A DNA stretch of 64,000 nt. Source: Thermodesulfobacteriota bacterium (GTDB taxonomy: Bacteria > Desulfobacterota > Desulfarculia > JACQYL01). Position numbers and translations under genes: made by a program. The notes beneath the pieces were generated by a model. The model had not been told where the DNA came from, did not search any database, and was given only the letters and a program-made list of their open reading frames with translations. This document shows positions 47,469 through 56,438 of this stretch, piece after piece. Within the stretch, counting starts at the first letter, position 1; every line of letters starts with the position of its first letter. Where the stretch lies: assembly GCA_963675595.2 (NCBI GenBank), contig CAXXLZ010000002.1, positions 384,001 through 448,000 on the forward strand. Direction: 5' to 3'.

Positions 47469-48491
47469 CTAATTCGTCTTGGCTTTTTTTCGAGTGCTGG
47501 AATGCCTTCGGATCAAGCCGTAGACCAGCTTCCCCACTTCGCTTTCATCCTTGATCATGCCTTTGAGCTCTTTGAGCGGCACTTCGGCCCGCGCCATGGT
47601 TTTGTGGCCTCCCGCCCGACCCCATTGGCTGAACAGCTTGCTCGCCAGTTTTCCCGCGTTCCTGCGATATCCGTGGGTTCTGAACACCACCACGAGCTTC
47701 TGTCCCACCACCGCGCTGGCAATGCTCCAGGATGTTTCAGCGAGTTTCAGAAAGAGGTCGGCGACCTGCACGCAGATGTCACCGTTGGGCACCTTGCCCA
47801 AATGGGTGAAGGCGAACTGCTTCCAGAGCTTCAGATTGGCCATGGCCTTTCGATAGTACGTCAGGGAGTTCTTGGTGATTTCCGAATTCTCGATGCTCTG
47901 GATGACATTCATATTGGTGAAACCGAAAAGATACCGAAAGGCGACCATGTCGGCCTGAATGCCGCCTCGAACGAAATTCATGGTATCCGTCTTGATCCCG
48001 TAAAACAACGCCGCGGCCAGTTGCGCCGAAGGTTTGATCCTGGCGGTTTTGAGGTATTCGGTGAAGATCGTCGACGTAGCCCCATAGTGCGGACGAATAT
48101 CCACGAAAGGCGCCTTGACGGAGTCTCCCAAAGGGTGGTGGTCCACGATGATATGGAAACTCAATTTCTCGAAAGACGCGTTGTGATGCGGCTGGGAATC
48201 CACGATGGCCAATCGGGTGAATCTGGTCGGGTCGAATTCCTTGATGGGTCTCAACTTCACGCCCGTCAGTCGAACCAGGGCCATGTTGTCGCCGCGTCGA
48301 ATGGGGTGGGTATTGAATATGGCCGTGCTGCGCACCTTTCTCCAACACAGTCGCTTGAGCGCCATGGCGCTCCCGATGGCGTCGGGGTCCGCGCTGATGA
48401 GGATCGCCAACGTATCTTCGTGATCCAGCACGTCGTACAGCCGCTTAAGTCGCTCCTTCATGGGAACGGATCGGGCAAATCCCTGCTCCAT
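47469..48491 (-). CDS. DHH/DHHA1 phosphoesterase (NrnA-like)
   Basis: DPDAIGS, VDSQ, VDHH, YGIKTDT and AGGHKTMA. Start uncertain. Confidence 0.88.
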   Translation of the reverse strand: MEQGFARSVPMKERLKRLYDVLDHEDTLAILISADPDAIGSAMALKRLCWRKVRSTAIFNTHPIRRGDNMALVRLTGVKLRPIKEFDPTRFTRLAIVDSQPHHNASFEKLSFHIIVDHHPLGDSVKAPFVDIRPHYGATSTIFTEYLKTARIKPSAQLAAALFYGIKTDTMNFVRGGIQADMVAFRYLFGFTNMNVIQSIENSEITKNSLTYYRKAMANLKLWKQFAFTHLGKVPNGDICVQVADLFLKLAETSWSIASAVVGQKLVVVFRTHGYRRNAGKLASKLFSQWGRAGGHKTMARAEVPLKELKGMIKDESEVGKLVYGLIRRHSSTRKKAKTN

Positions 48492-48770
48492 CAAAGGACA
48501 TTCAAGCCGCTCCTTTTTCAACCCCGTCATAATCCTCCCATCTACGCAATGCCCGTCTTCATGTTCGGTTTTTCGGGAGGCCCGAGAAATGCGCCCCTTC
48601 CGCAAGACTGCGGACTCACGTATCATTTTATTGTAGGTTCGAAATCCGCCGCCGTCAATGGAAGTCGGCCGGCTCCAAGCCTCTCTGCGTGGGGACGCGC
48701 CAAATCCTGTTGACTCCTTTTCCTATTCCGGTAAGATGCAAAAGCCTAGGATTGTAACCGGTTAGCTCAT

Positions 48771-49880
48771 TTGAAAATAAAGGAAAGTCCTCTGCAACCC
48801 ATCTATCCCTTCACCGCCATTCTAGGCCAGGAGAACATGAAGCTGGCCCTGCTGCTCAACGTGGTTCATCCGTCGTTGGGCGGGGTTTTGATCCGAGGCC
48901 ATCGCGGCACGGCGAAAAGTACGGCCGTGCGAGCCTTGCCGAGCCTCATGCCCTCCGTCAGGGAAGTCCAAGACTGCCCTTTTCACTGCGACCCCGACCG
49001 TCCGCGTCTTTTCTGCGACAACTGCGCCTCGTCGGCGTCCAGGGGGGAGCCCCTCGCGCCCGTGGAACGCCCCAAACGCCTCGTGAACCTCCCCATCGGA
49101 ACCACCGAGGACCGACTCCTGGGCTCTCTGGATCTGGAACAGGCCCTGACTCAAGGAAAACGGAGATTTGAACCGGGGCTTCTGGCTCAGGCCAATGGAG
49201 CCATTCTGTACGTGGACGAAGTGAACCTGCTCAGCGACCACCTGGTGGACCTCCTCCTGGACGTTGCCGGTATGGGAGTCAACTACGTCGAACGGGAAGG
49301 GATTTCCTTTCAGCACCCCAGCCGCTTCATCCTCGTGGGAACCATGAACCCGGAGGAAGGAGACCTGCGCCCGCAGCTGTTGGATCGGTTCGGTCTTTGC
49401 GTGGACGTGGAAGGCAGCCGCGACCCCGCGGAAAGAGCGGAAATCGCTCGACGCCGTCTGGCCTTTGAATCGGACCCCGACGAATTCACGGAGCAATGGG
49501 CGGAACAGGAAGCGGACCTCGCCGCACGGATCGCCGAAGGCATGGAGCGGGTGGGGGACGTCCGAATCCCCGCCGAACTCTGGGAACTGGCGGCGCGATT
49601 CTCCATCAGTTATGAGGCGGAAGGACACCGCAGCGACCTCACCATGATCAAAGCGGCCACGGCCCTTGCCGCGTTTCACGGGCATGCGGAAGCCGATACC
49701 CGCGATCTGGTTCGCGCGGCGGAATTCTCACTCCCCCACCGGGCTAAGAAACACGGTCTGCGCCACGGAAAGGTGGAACGCAAGAAGATCGAGGAACTCG
49801 CGGAACAGCTTTCCCGGGAAATGCAGGAGCAGCAGGCGGCCGCCGGCGGAAGCGTAAAAAAAAAGCTCCAGGCCCTCTGA
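48771..49880 (+). CDS. ChlI/BchI-like AAA+ chelatase ATPase (5' part of a frameshifted chlD)
   Basis: YPFTAILGQ, GHRGTAKST, TEDRLLG, YVDEVNLL and MNPEEGDLRPQLLDRFG. Ends 16 nt after the A9 run. Confidence 0.92.
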   Translation: MKIKESPLQPIYPFTAILGQENMKLALLLNVVHPSLGGVLIRGHRGTAKSTAVRALPSLMPSVREVQDCPFHCDPDRPRLFCDNCASSASRGEPLAPVERPKRLVNLPIGTTEDRLLGSLDLEQALTQGKRRFEPGLLAQANGAILYVDEVNLLSDHLVDLLLDVAGMGVNYVEREGISFQHPSRFILVGTMNPEEGDLRPQLLDRFGLCVDVEGSRDPAERAEIARRRLAFESDPDEFTEQWAEQEADLAARIAEGMERVGDVRIPAELWELAARFSISYEAEGHRSDLTMIKAATALAAFHGHAEADTRDLVRAAEFSLPHRAKKHGLRHGKVERKKIEELAEQLSREMQEQQAAAGGSVKKKLQAL

Positions 49881-50704
49881 CAGACGTTCCCACTACCCTA
49901 CCGCCCTCTGGCGACACCGGTGAGTTCAGGCCCTCCATACCCCTGCGGCAACTCATTTCCGCTTCCCGACCCGGTAGGAGAAAACGTGCGCTTTACCGCA
50001 CTGGAGCTGGTTCCGCCGTGTCCCATGCGTCCGGAGACCCGAAGACCGCTTCCGATTTGGCTCTGTCCGCCACGTTTTCCATGGCGGTCCGCCGTCCCCC
50101 GGAATTCAACGAACAGGGCGTCCTGAAGATTCGTCCTTCGGACTTCAGAATGAAGTTAAAAGAACGAAGAACCGGCTTCTCCATCCTGTTCATTGTGGAC
50201 GCGAGTTCGTCCATGAGAGGAAGGGGTCGCATGGCTCAGGCCAAGGGATTGCTCCGGGCCTACTTCAGAGAGAGCTATCTTCGCCGAGACCGGGTGGGTC
50301 TTCTGGCCTTCCGGCATAACCGATCCAAACTGATTTTGCCGCTTACCGGCAATGTCCGTCGGGCGGAACAGGCCCTGGAGGAGCTGGAAGTGGGGGGCAA
50401 GACGCCTCTCGCCGAAGGCATGGCGTTGGGATTCAGGACCCTTCTCCAGGAGCGCTACCGAAACCCGGATCAGGAAACCATCCTGGTCGTGGTCTCCGAC
50501 GGCAAGCCCAACCTGAGCCTGTACGGGGACGACCCCCTTGAAGAAGCCTTAAGCGTGGCCCGACGCATCGGCCGCAATCGGGCGGCGCTGGTCTTCGTAG
50601 ACACGGAGGACGACCCTTTGGCATTCGGCTACGGACCTCAGGTGGCGCGCGCGGGAGAAGGCATCTACCGAACCATGGCGGACCTGCTCAAAGGGAACGG
50701 TTGA
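49862..50704 (+). CDS. chlD: ChlD/BchD-like linker plus VWA domain, in the -1 frame of the upstream ATPase
   Basis: The -1 frame is open from the A-run (KAPGPLTDVPTTLPP...GRRKRA...DLALSAT). VDASSSM (MIDAS), RDRVGL, GGKTPLA and SDGKPN. Confidence 0.85.
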   Translation, partial: KAPGPLTDVPTTLPPSGDTGEFRPSIPLRQLISASRPGRRKRALYRTGAGSAVSHASGDPKTASDLALSATFSMAVRRPPEFNEQGVLKIRPSDFRMKLKERRTGFSILFIVDASSSMRGRGRMAQAKGLLRAYFRESYLRRDRVGLLAFRHNRSKLILPLTGNVRRAEQALEELEVGGKTPLAEGMALGFRTLLQERYRNPDQETILVVVSDGKPNLSLYGDDPLEEALSVARRIGRNRAALVFVDTEDDPLAFGYGPQVARAGEGIYRTMADLLKGNG

Positions 50705-50872
50705 GGGGAAGGGTTCTTCTTTGTTCAAATTCACGGGACCTGGGACCGCTTGGACACAATTTCCGGGTCATTGATCGGAAGCCGAAGCCGGCAGGCCGAC
50801 GGAAGCTGCGAGTCACCGTATGCATGAAAGACTTACGAGGAATGAAAACCCCGACCTCATGAAGCGCCACGC

Positions 50873-51829
50873 ATGAACAAGGCCCACCCCATCCCCTGGT
50901 ACGGTTTCGCCGGACTCGCGGTTCTCTGCGTGTCCCAGTTTCTCATGTACCGGGGAGTGGAACCTTTCCATTCCTGGTTCTATTCCTTCGCGTGGTGGTC
51001 TTATATCCTGATGGCGGACAGCGCGGTGTTCCGCATCAGGGGAACCTCCCTCATTCGCGGTCGCCTGGAGTTTTTCTTCCTCCTCCTGCCTTGGTCCGTC
51101 ACTTGGTGGTTGGTTTTCGAGCTGTTCAATCTGGCTCTCGTGAACTGGCGATATGTGGACCTGCCTCCCGAAACCGCGCTGCGTTGGCCGGGTTACGCTC
51201 TGGCCTACGCCACCGTGCTGCCCGGCGTTCTGGAAACCCGCGACCTGTTGGACGCCCTGATTCCGGGTGGAGGCAAAGCTCCCTCGCACCGAGTCCCTAA
51301 AGATTTGCGGACTATGCCCTATTTCGCCGCGGGTCTGGTGCTCACCGCCGCCGTGTTGATCTTTCCTTCATACGCTTTTTCGTTGGTGTGGGTCGGCCCC
51401 ACACTCATGATCGAGCCCTGGGCCTATCGCCTGGGAGGCCGCTCTCTGTTGCGAGCCCTGGAAACGGAGGGCCCCCGTGCTTTGTGGGTCTTGGCGGCCG
51501 CCGGCATGGTGTGCGGTTTCCTCTGGGAATTCTGGAATTATTGGGCGGGAGCCAAATGGGTTTACACCGTGCCTTTCGTGGGTTTCTGGAAAATCTTCGA
51601 AATGCCCCTCTTGGGATATTTCGGTTTTGCCGCCTTTGCCTTGGAATGCTACGCCGCCGTGGGCCTGATCGAGCGCATCCACGGCCTCGGTCCGAGAGGC
51701 GAAGCCCCCCATCGTTCCGTCACCGCCTTGCTCGGAAGCCTGTGGGTCGGGTTTCTCATGATTCCTTTCTGGGTGCCGTGTTTCTACCTCATTGACACCC
51801 GTACCGTGATCTATTTCGCCGCGCCATGA
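50873..51829 (+). CDS. polytopic Trp-rich membrane protein of unknown function
   Basis: About 9 TM segments. Repeated FELFN...NWRY / LWEFWNYW...KWVY...FEMP. Overlaps the rimO start. Confidence 0.75.
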   Translation: MNKAHPIPWYGFAGLAVLCVSQFLMYRGVEPFHSWFYSFAWWSYILMADSAVFRIRGTSLIRGRLEFFFLLLPWSVTWWLVFELFNLALVNWRYVDLPPETALRWPGYALAYATVLPGVLETRDLLDALIPGGGKAPSHRVPKDLRTMPYFAAGLVLTAAVLIFPSYAFSLVWVGPTLMIEPWAYRLGGRSLLRALETEGPRALWVLAAAGMVCGFLWEFWNYWAGAKWVYTVPFVGFWKIFEMPLLGYFGFAAFALECYAAVGLIERIHGLGPRGEAPHRSVTALLGSLWVGFLMIPFWVPCFYLIDTRTVIYFAAP

Positions 51830-53151
51830 AAATCAACGCTCCCCATACCGTATACTTCGTTTCCTTGGGATGTCCCAAGAACCGGGTGGACACGGAAAGA
51901 ATGGCGGCCCGCTTGACGGGTCGAGGTTTTCATCCCGTAACCTCGCCCGACGAGGCGAGCCTGATCCTGGTGAACACCTGCGCCTTCATCGAATCCGCCA
52001 CGGAGGAGTCCCTGGACACCATCCTGGAATTGGCTTCCTACAAGGAATCCGGACGCTGTGACAAGCTCGTGGTCACGGGATGCCTGGTGGGCAGATACGG
52101 TTCGGAACTAAGCAAAAGCCTGCCCGAAGTGGATCTATTCCTGGATACCCGGGAGCTGGATCGAGCTTTGAGAGAATTGGACAAGTTGGGAACGCCTCTT
52201 CCCCGGGCCTCCGAGCCGCCCGCGCGGGACCGGCTCCTTTCCACCCCGCCCCATTTCGCCTACCTGAAGATCGCCGAAGGGTGCGACAACCGATGCACCT
52301 ATTGCATCATTCCCAAACTCAAGGGGCCGTTTCGCAGCGTTCCCATCGACCCGCTGGTGCGGGAAGCGGAAGAATTGGCCCGACGGGGTGTCCGGGAACT
52401 CATCCTGGTGGCCCAGGATACCACTCGATACGGCACGGACCTCTCCGAAGCCTCCGGACCGGCCGAACTGACGGCGCGCCTCTCGAACATCCACGATCTA
52501 CGATGGATTCGCATGCTGTACCTCTATCCGGAGAAGATTTCCGGCGAGCTGTTGGACGTAGTGCACGACCGGGAGAACCTGCTCCCCTATTTCGACCTCC
52601 CCATTCAGCATGTTTCCAGGAACGTACTCAAAGGCATGGGAAGATCCGGTATCTCTCGGAGCGCGGAAGAACTCGTGGAAACCATCCGTCGGCGGATTCC
52701 GGAGGCCGTGATCCGTATGACGGTCATGGTGGGCTTCCCCGGTGAGTCGGACAAGGATTTTCAGGAGCTTTTCGACTTCGTGAATAAAGTCAAGCCCCAA
52801 CACCTGGGCGGATTCCGCTTCCATGCCGAGGAGGGTGTGCCTGCTTCCCGGTTTCCCCACCAGGTCCCGCGGGAAGTGCAGGAGCAACGACTCCAGTGGA
52901 TACTGGAGCTCCAAGCGCAAATCTCCCTACAACACAACAAAAGCCGCATCGGCCACAGGGAGACGGTTCTGGTGGAAGGCCCTTCCGAAGACCGGCCCGG
53001 ATGGATGGAAGGACGCACTTGGCGGCATGCACCGGAAATCGACGGGCTGGTTCTGTTCGAAGGAAAAGCGTCTCCTGGAGACTGGGTGACCGTGGAGATC
53101 ACCGACGCCGATGAGTACGACCTCATGGGACGCCGGTTGGAACCGGCCTGA
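51826..53151 (+). CDS. rimO: ribosomal protein S12 methylthiotransferase
   Basis: SLGCPKNRVD, NTCAFI, AYLKIAEGCDNRCTYC, YLYP and APEIDG (TRAM domain). Confidence 0.96.
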   Translation: MKINAPHTVYFVSLGCPKNRVDTERMAARLTGRGFHPVTSPDEASLILVNTCAFIESATEESLDTILELASYKESGRCDKLVVTGCLVGRYGSELSKSLPEVDLFLDTRELDRALRELDKLGTPLPRASEPPARDRLLSTPPHFAYLKIAEGCDNRCTYCIIPKLKGPFRSVPIDPLVREAEELARRGVRELILVAQDTTRYGTDLSEASGPAELTARLSNIHDLRWIRMLYLYPEKISGELLDVVHDRENLLPYFDLPIQHVSRNVLKGMGRSGISRSAEELVETIRRRIPEAVIRMTVMVGFPGESDKDFQELFDFVNKVKPQHLGGFRFHAEEGVPASRFPHQVPREVQEQRLQWILELQAQISLQHNKSRIGHRETVLVEGPSEDRPGWMEGRTWRHAPEIDGLVLFEGKASPGDWVTVEITDADEYDLMGRRLEPA

Positions 53152-53695
53152 GCTCTCCGGTTTTGTTTCCGAGATAGGTCCTTCTTATCGTACCGCCTTC
53201 TTCCCTCGTTTCCGCGCTGTTCCGTCCCGCTTCCATCCATCCCACGTCCGTCGGGGAACGCCATAAAGCCCTTTACGCCCGAGGATGACATGGGAAATCC
53301 ACCATGGACTTTGACTCCTCCGCCCGCCGATCCATCCCCGTCGTGATCCCTTTGTCTTTTTCCTCGCTGTAAGACCTCGAAATCTTGTATTCCGAATTGC
53401 ATTTTGATTGAATTTGACCTATGAAACGGGGGATGGTTTTCCGGACATGATTCGGTGCGCGGACTTGTCCAAAAAATGTGTCCCCTGAAAACGGGGTTGC
53501 CGAAAGGCCGGTGGAAGACAATCAGACGCGAAGCGCGCGAATCTCGAGAACCCTTTCGTATTGGCCATACGTTCCCGATTGCGTTTTCGCCGACCTGACG
53601 AATCAAGGATTGTGGGAGTCGCGTTCAGGGCGGGTTCCGGACTCTCGTCGGCGGCCGGCGGCGCGAACCGTCCCTTCAATGAATGGAACCACCCG

Positions 53696-54670
53696 ATGTC
53701 TCAACAGTCGTTCTTCTCCGCCATTGACAAAGATTCGGAAGAGATCAATCATTTCCTCAAGGCGAACCTGGACTCTCACGTACACCTGATTTCTCAGGTG
53801 GGCCAACATATTCTCCTGGGCGGGGGAAAAAGAATCCGCCCGATGCTGTTCGCACAATGCGCCCGACTGGCCGGGTACCGCGGCGACAAGGCGCTCTATT
53901 TCTCCACCTTGTTCGAGTACCTGCACGCCGCCACGCTGTTGCATGACGACGTCATCGACAACGCGGAAATGCGCAGAGGGTCCACGTCCGCCAATGTGCT
54001 GTGGGGAAATTGCGCCGCGGTATTGGTGGGGGACTTTCTCTTCTCCAAGTCGTTTCACCTCGCCGTGGAGATAGGAAATCTTCGTCTCCTCGAGGCCTTG
54101 TCCACCGCCACCAACCGCATGGCGGAGGGCATGATTCTGGAACTGGTGCACTCCTTCGATTTCGATCTGTCCTTCGAAGACTATCTCGAAATCGTCGTAT
54201 CAAAAACGGCCGTACTCATCTCCGCCGCCTGTCGTACGGGAGGTATGATGGGCGACCTGACGCACGAGCAGGAGGACCTCCTGGGCGAATACGGAATGGA
54301 ACTGGGCATCGCCTTTCAAATGGTGGACGACGCCTTGGACTATTGCGTTTCCGAGGAGGAATTCGGCAAGCCCGTGGGCAAGGACGTCTTGGAAGGCAAG
54401 ATCACCCTGCCCCTCATGTATGCCATGGAACGAGCCACGGACGAGGAGCGGGAGCGTATCCGCTATGTGTGCGCCAAAGAGCGAGTGGATTCCCAAAGCT
54501 TTCAGCAAGTGCGGACCATTGTGAATCGATACGAAGGTGTGGAGCATTGCTTGCGGCAGGCCGCCGAGCACACCGATCGGGCCAAGTCCTTCCTCAATGC
54601 CTTTCCGGACGGCGAGGGAAGGGAAATTCTGACGGCAATCGCGAATTTCGTTGTGGAGCGAAGGTTCTAA
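53696..54670 (+). CDS. ispB: polyprenyl (octaprenyl) diphosphate synthase
   Basis: GGKRIRP, LLHDDVID (FARM), GDFL, KTA and FQMVDDALD (SARM). Confidence 0.9.
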   Translation: MSQQSFFSAIDKDSEEINHFLKANLDSHVHLISQVGQHILLGGGKRIRPMLFAQCARLAGYRGDKALYFSTLFEYLHAATLLHDDVIDNAEMRRGSTSANVLWGNCAAVLVGDFLFSKSFHLAVEIGNLRLLEALSTATNRMAEGMILELVHSFDFDLSFEDYLEIVVSKTAVLISAACRTGGMMGDLTHEQEDLLGEYGMELGIAFQMVDDALDYCVSEEEFGKPVGKDVLEGKITLPLMYAMERATDEERERIRYVCAKERVDSQSFQQVRTIVNRYEGVEHCLRQAAEHTDRAKSFLNAFPDGEGREILTAIANFVVERRF

Positions 54671-54813
54671 AGTCCAATCTAGTGATTACCGTATGCCTTA
54701 GGGTTGCTTTCGAGGCTATACCCTCCGGTCCCCGGTTCTACATTTCGGCGTGACGCCGCCTCATTTGGTGAAACAACCGGGGCAAAACCGAAAAAGGCAT
54801 AAAGGATGGACTC

Positions 54814-55119
54814 ATGAAAACCGACGAAACGCAGGAAAATTGGGTTTGGGTGGCAGTGACGCAATCATCCGACGGGGATTCCCTCCTGGGGTTGGAGGAT
54901 GCCGAAACGGCGGAGCAGTTCATCCCTTACTTTCCTTCCAAGGAAGAAGGGCAGGCCTGCCTTCCGGCCCTGAAGAAAGAACCGGGCAAAACCTACGATG
55001 TGCAGGCCATCCGTTACGAACTGCTCATCGATCAGGCCAAGGATGCGGGCTTCGCCCTGTATCGACTGGACGGTGAGGGACACGTGCTGGAGAAAAATCG
55101 TCCGTCCCACGCTCATTAA
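54814..55119 (+). CDS. small hypothetical protein
   Basis: 101 aa with a plausible RBS and globular composition (FIPYFPSKEEG). Confidence 0.6.
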   Translation: MKTDETQENWVWVAVTQSSDGDSLLGLEDAETAEQFIPYFPSKEEGQACLPALKKEPGKTYDVQAIRYELLIDQAKDAGFALYRLDGEGHVLEKNRPSHAH

Positions 55120-55127
55120 TAGTATGC

Positions 55128-55211
55128 TTTGGGGAAGACTTTCGAGGAAGTTTTCCCCAAACCCCTTTCAAAGCGACCCATGCGTGCCTCACCGCCTTCG
55201 GCGGAGAGGCT
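55128..55211 (-). repeat. composite palindromic intergenic repeat, copy 1 (motif A plus motif B)
   Basis: Reverse complement reads AGCCTCTCCGCCGAAGGCGGTGAGGC-13 nt-TTTGAAAGGGGTTTGGGGAAAACTTCCTCGAAAGTCTTCCCCAAA. Matches 60130-60212. Confidence 0.7.
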
Positions 55212-55342
55212 CCCTTGAAGACGAATTTGGAGAAGGGGGGCCGAGCGGAGAGAGTATTCCGGGCTTCAACGCCCCTTTGAACGGATAGGATTCACCCGCG
55301 TGCCCCGGTTGCGAAGCGCAAGCGAGCAACCCGTTCAAGAAG

Positions 55343-55388
55343 TTTTGGAAGGTGGCCGGGGAAACCCTTTTCAAAGGGTTTCCCCGGC
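55343..55388 (+). repeat. palindromic intergenic repeat, motif B copy
   Basis: TTTTGGAAGGTGGCCGGGGAAACCCTTTTCAAAGGGTTTCCCCGGC, similar to 60168-60212. Confidence 0.7.
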
Positions 55389-55431
55389 TCTTTCCTCAAA
55401 ATAACCGTCAGGAAGATGGACACTGATTTTT

Positions 55432-55803
55432 ATGTGGATCTTCGAAAAGATCGCGGAACAAAGAATCCTCGAGGCCATCGAACGGGGTGAGTTGGACGAC
55501 CTTCCCGGACGCGGCGAGCCCATTGTGTACGAGGACGACTCGCGAATCCCGGAAGAGCTCCGCATGGCCTACAAGATTCTCAAGAACGCCAATTGCGTTC
55601 CTCCCGAAGTGTCGGAACTCAAGGAAATCCGACAAACCGAAGACCTGCTTCAAGGCATTCAGGACGAACACGAAAAATACAAGGCCATCAAACGGCTGAA
55701 CTTCCGCATCATGCAGCTCAACGCCCGCCGCAAAGGCCGCGTGGACATGGAGATTCCTCAGCATTATGTGGAAAAGCTGGTGGATAAGGTTGAAAGGAAG
55801 TAG
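55432..55803 (+). CDS. DUF1992 (DnaJ-homologue subfamily) protein
   Basis: IAEQRILEAIERGELDDLPGRGEP...PEELRMAYKILKNA..VPPE. Confidence 0.88.
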   Translation: MWIFEKIAEQRILEAIERGELDDLPGRGEPIVYEDDSRIPEELRMAYKILKNANCVPPEVSELKEIRQTEDLLQGIQDEHEKYKAIKRLNFRIMQLNARRKGRVDMEIPQHYVEKLVDKVERK

Positions 55804-56054
55804 TCCTTCAGATCAAGCCCCCTATTAAACACACCTTTCGCATGCCTCCTACAAGTAGATCGCTACATCCGTTTCCGACCCTTGACAATAGAGCGGCCGT
55901 ATTTCGCCATGTGCTTAGTCACCCACTGGGCAATTGGCATGAATAGAGTCCCTCCCATCTAATCCCGTCTTGTCTGAACTTACCCGACATAAATACCTTT
56001 TCTATTATCAACGACAACTCCAATAGCCTACATGATAGCATATAAATATTTTAT

Positions 56055-56106
56055 TTAGATAAAATAGTTATATTCTATATATAGAATATAACTATTACTT
56101 ATCTAA
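56055..56106. repeat. AT-rich inverted repeat with a perfect 34-bp palindromic core (56063-56096)
   Basis: AATAGTTATATTCTATA|TATAGAATATAACTATT, extended by TTAGATAA/TTATCTAA across a 2-nt bulge. Confidence 0.9.
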
Positions 56107-56438
56107 GCAGTATATCGCCTGCATACTTTACTAAATCTAACTAATCCAACATCGTAAGCATAATAACCATACCGCCTAATGTATCCTAACATTATAGATA
56201 TTAGTTGACAGAGCCCATAAGACCTGGCAACTATAAGAATATATCTGCTCCACGAGTTTTGAGGAAAAGCGGAGCCTGTCATAATTTCTGTCTGGCATGA
56301 CAGGGTATATACGTAATTATACCCATAACAAAGCGGGCTGCATACGACCGCCTGCCGGAAAATGATTGGGGATTGTCTCCTGGAGTTCAGCCAATAAGAG
56401 CCATTGAACCATACCTGATCTGCATAGGAGGAAGAGAC

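Noticed and set aside
46749-48713. Long antisense ORFs (654 aa here; also 7450-8859, 17622-18950, 22230-23585, 36781-38016, 58000-59214)
   Set aside because: These are shadow ORFs opposite or overlapping well-supported genes in high-GC DNA, with no protein motifs.
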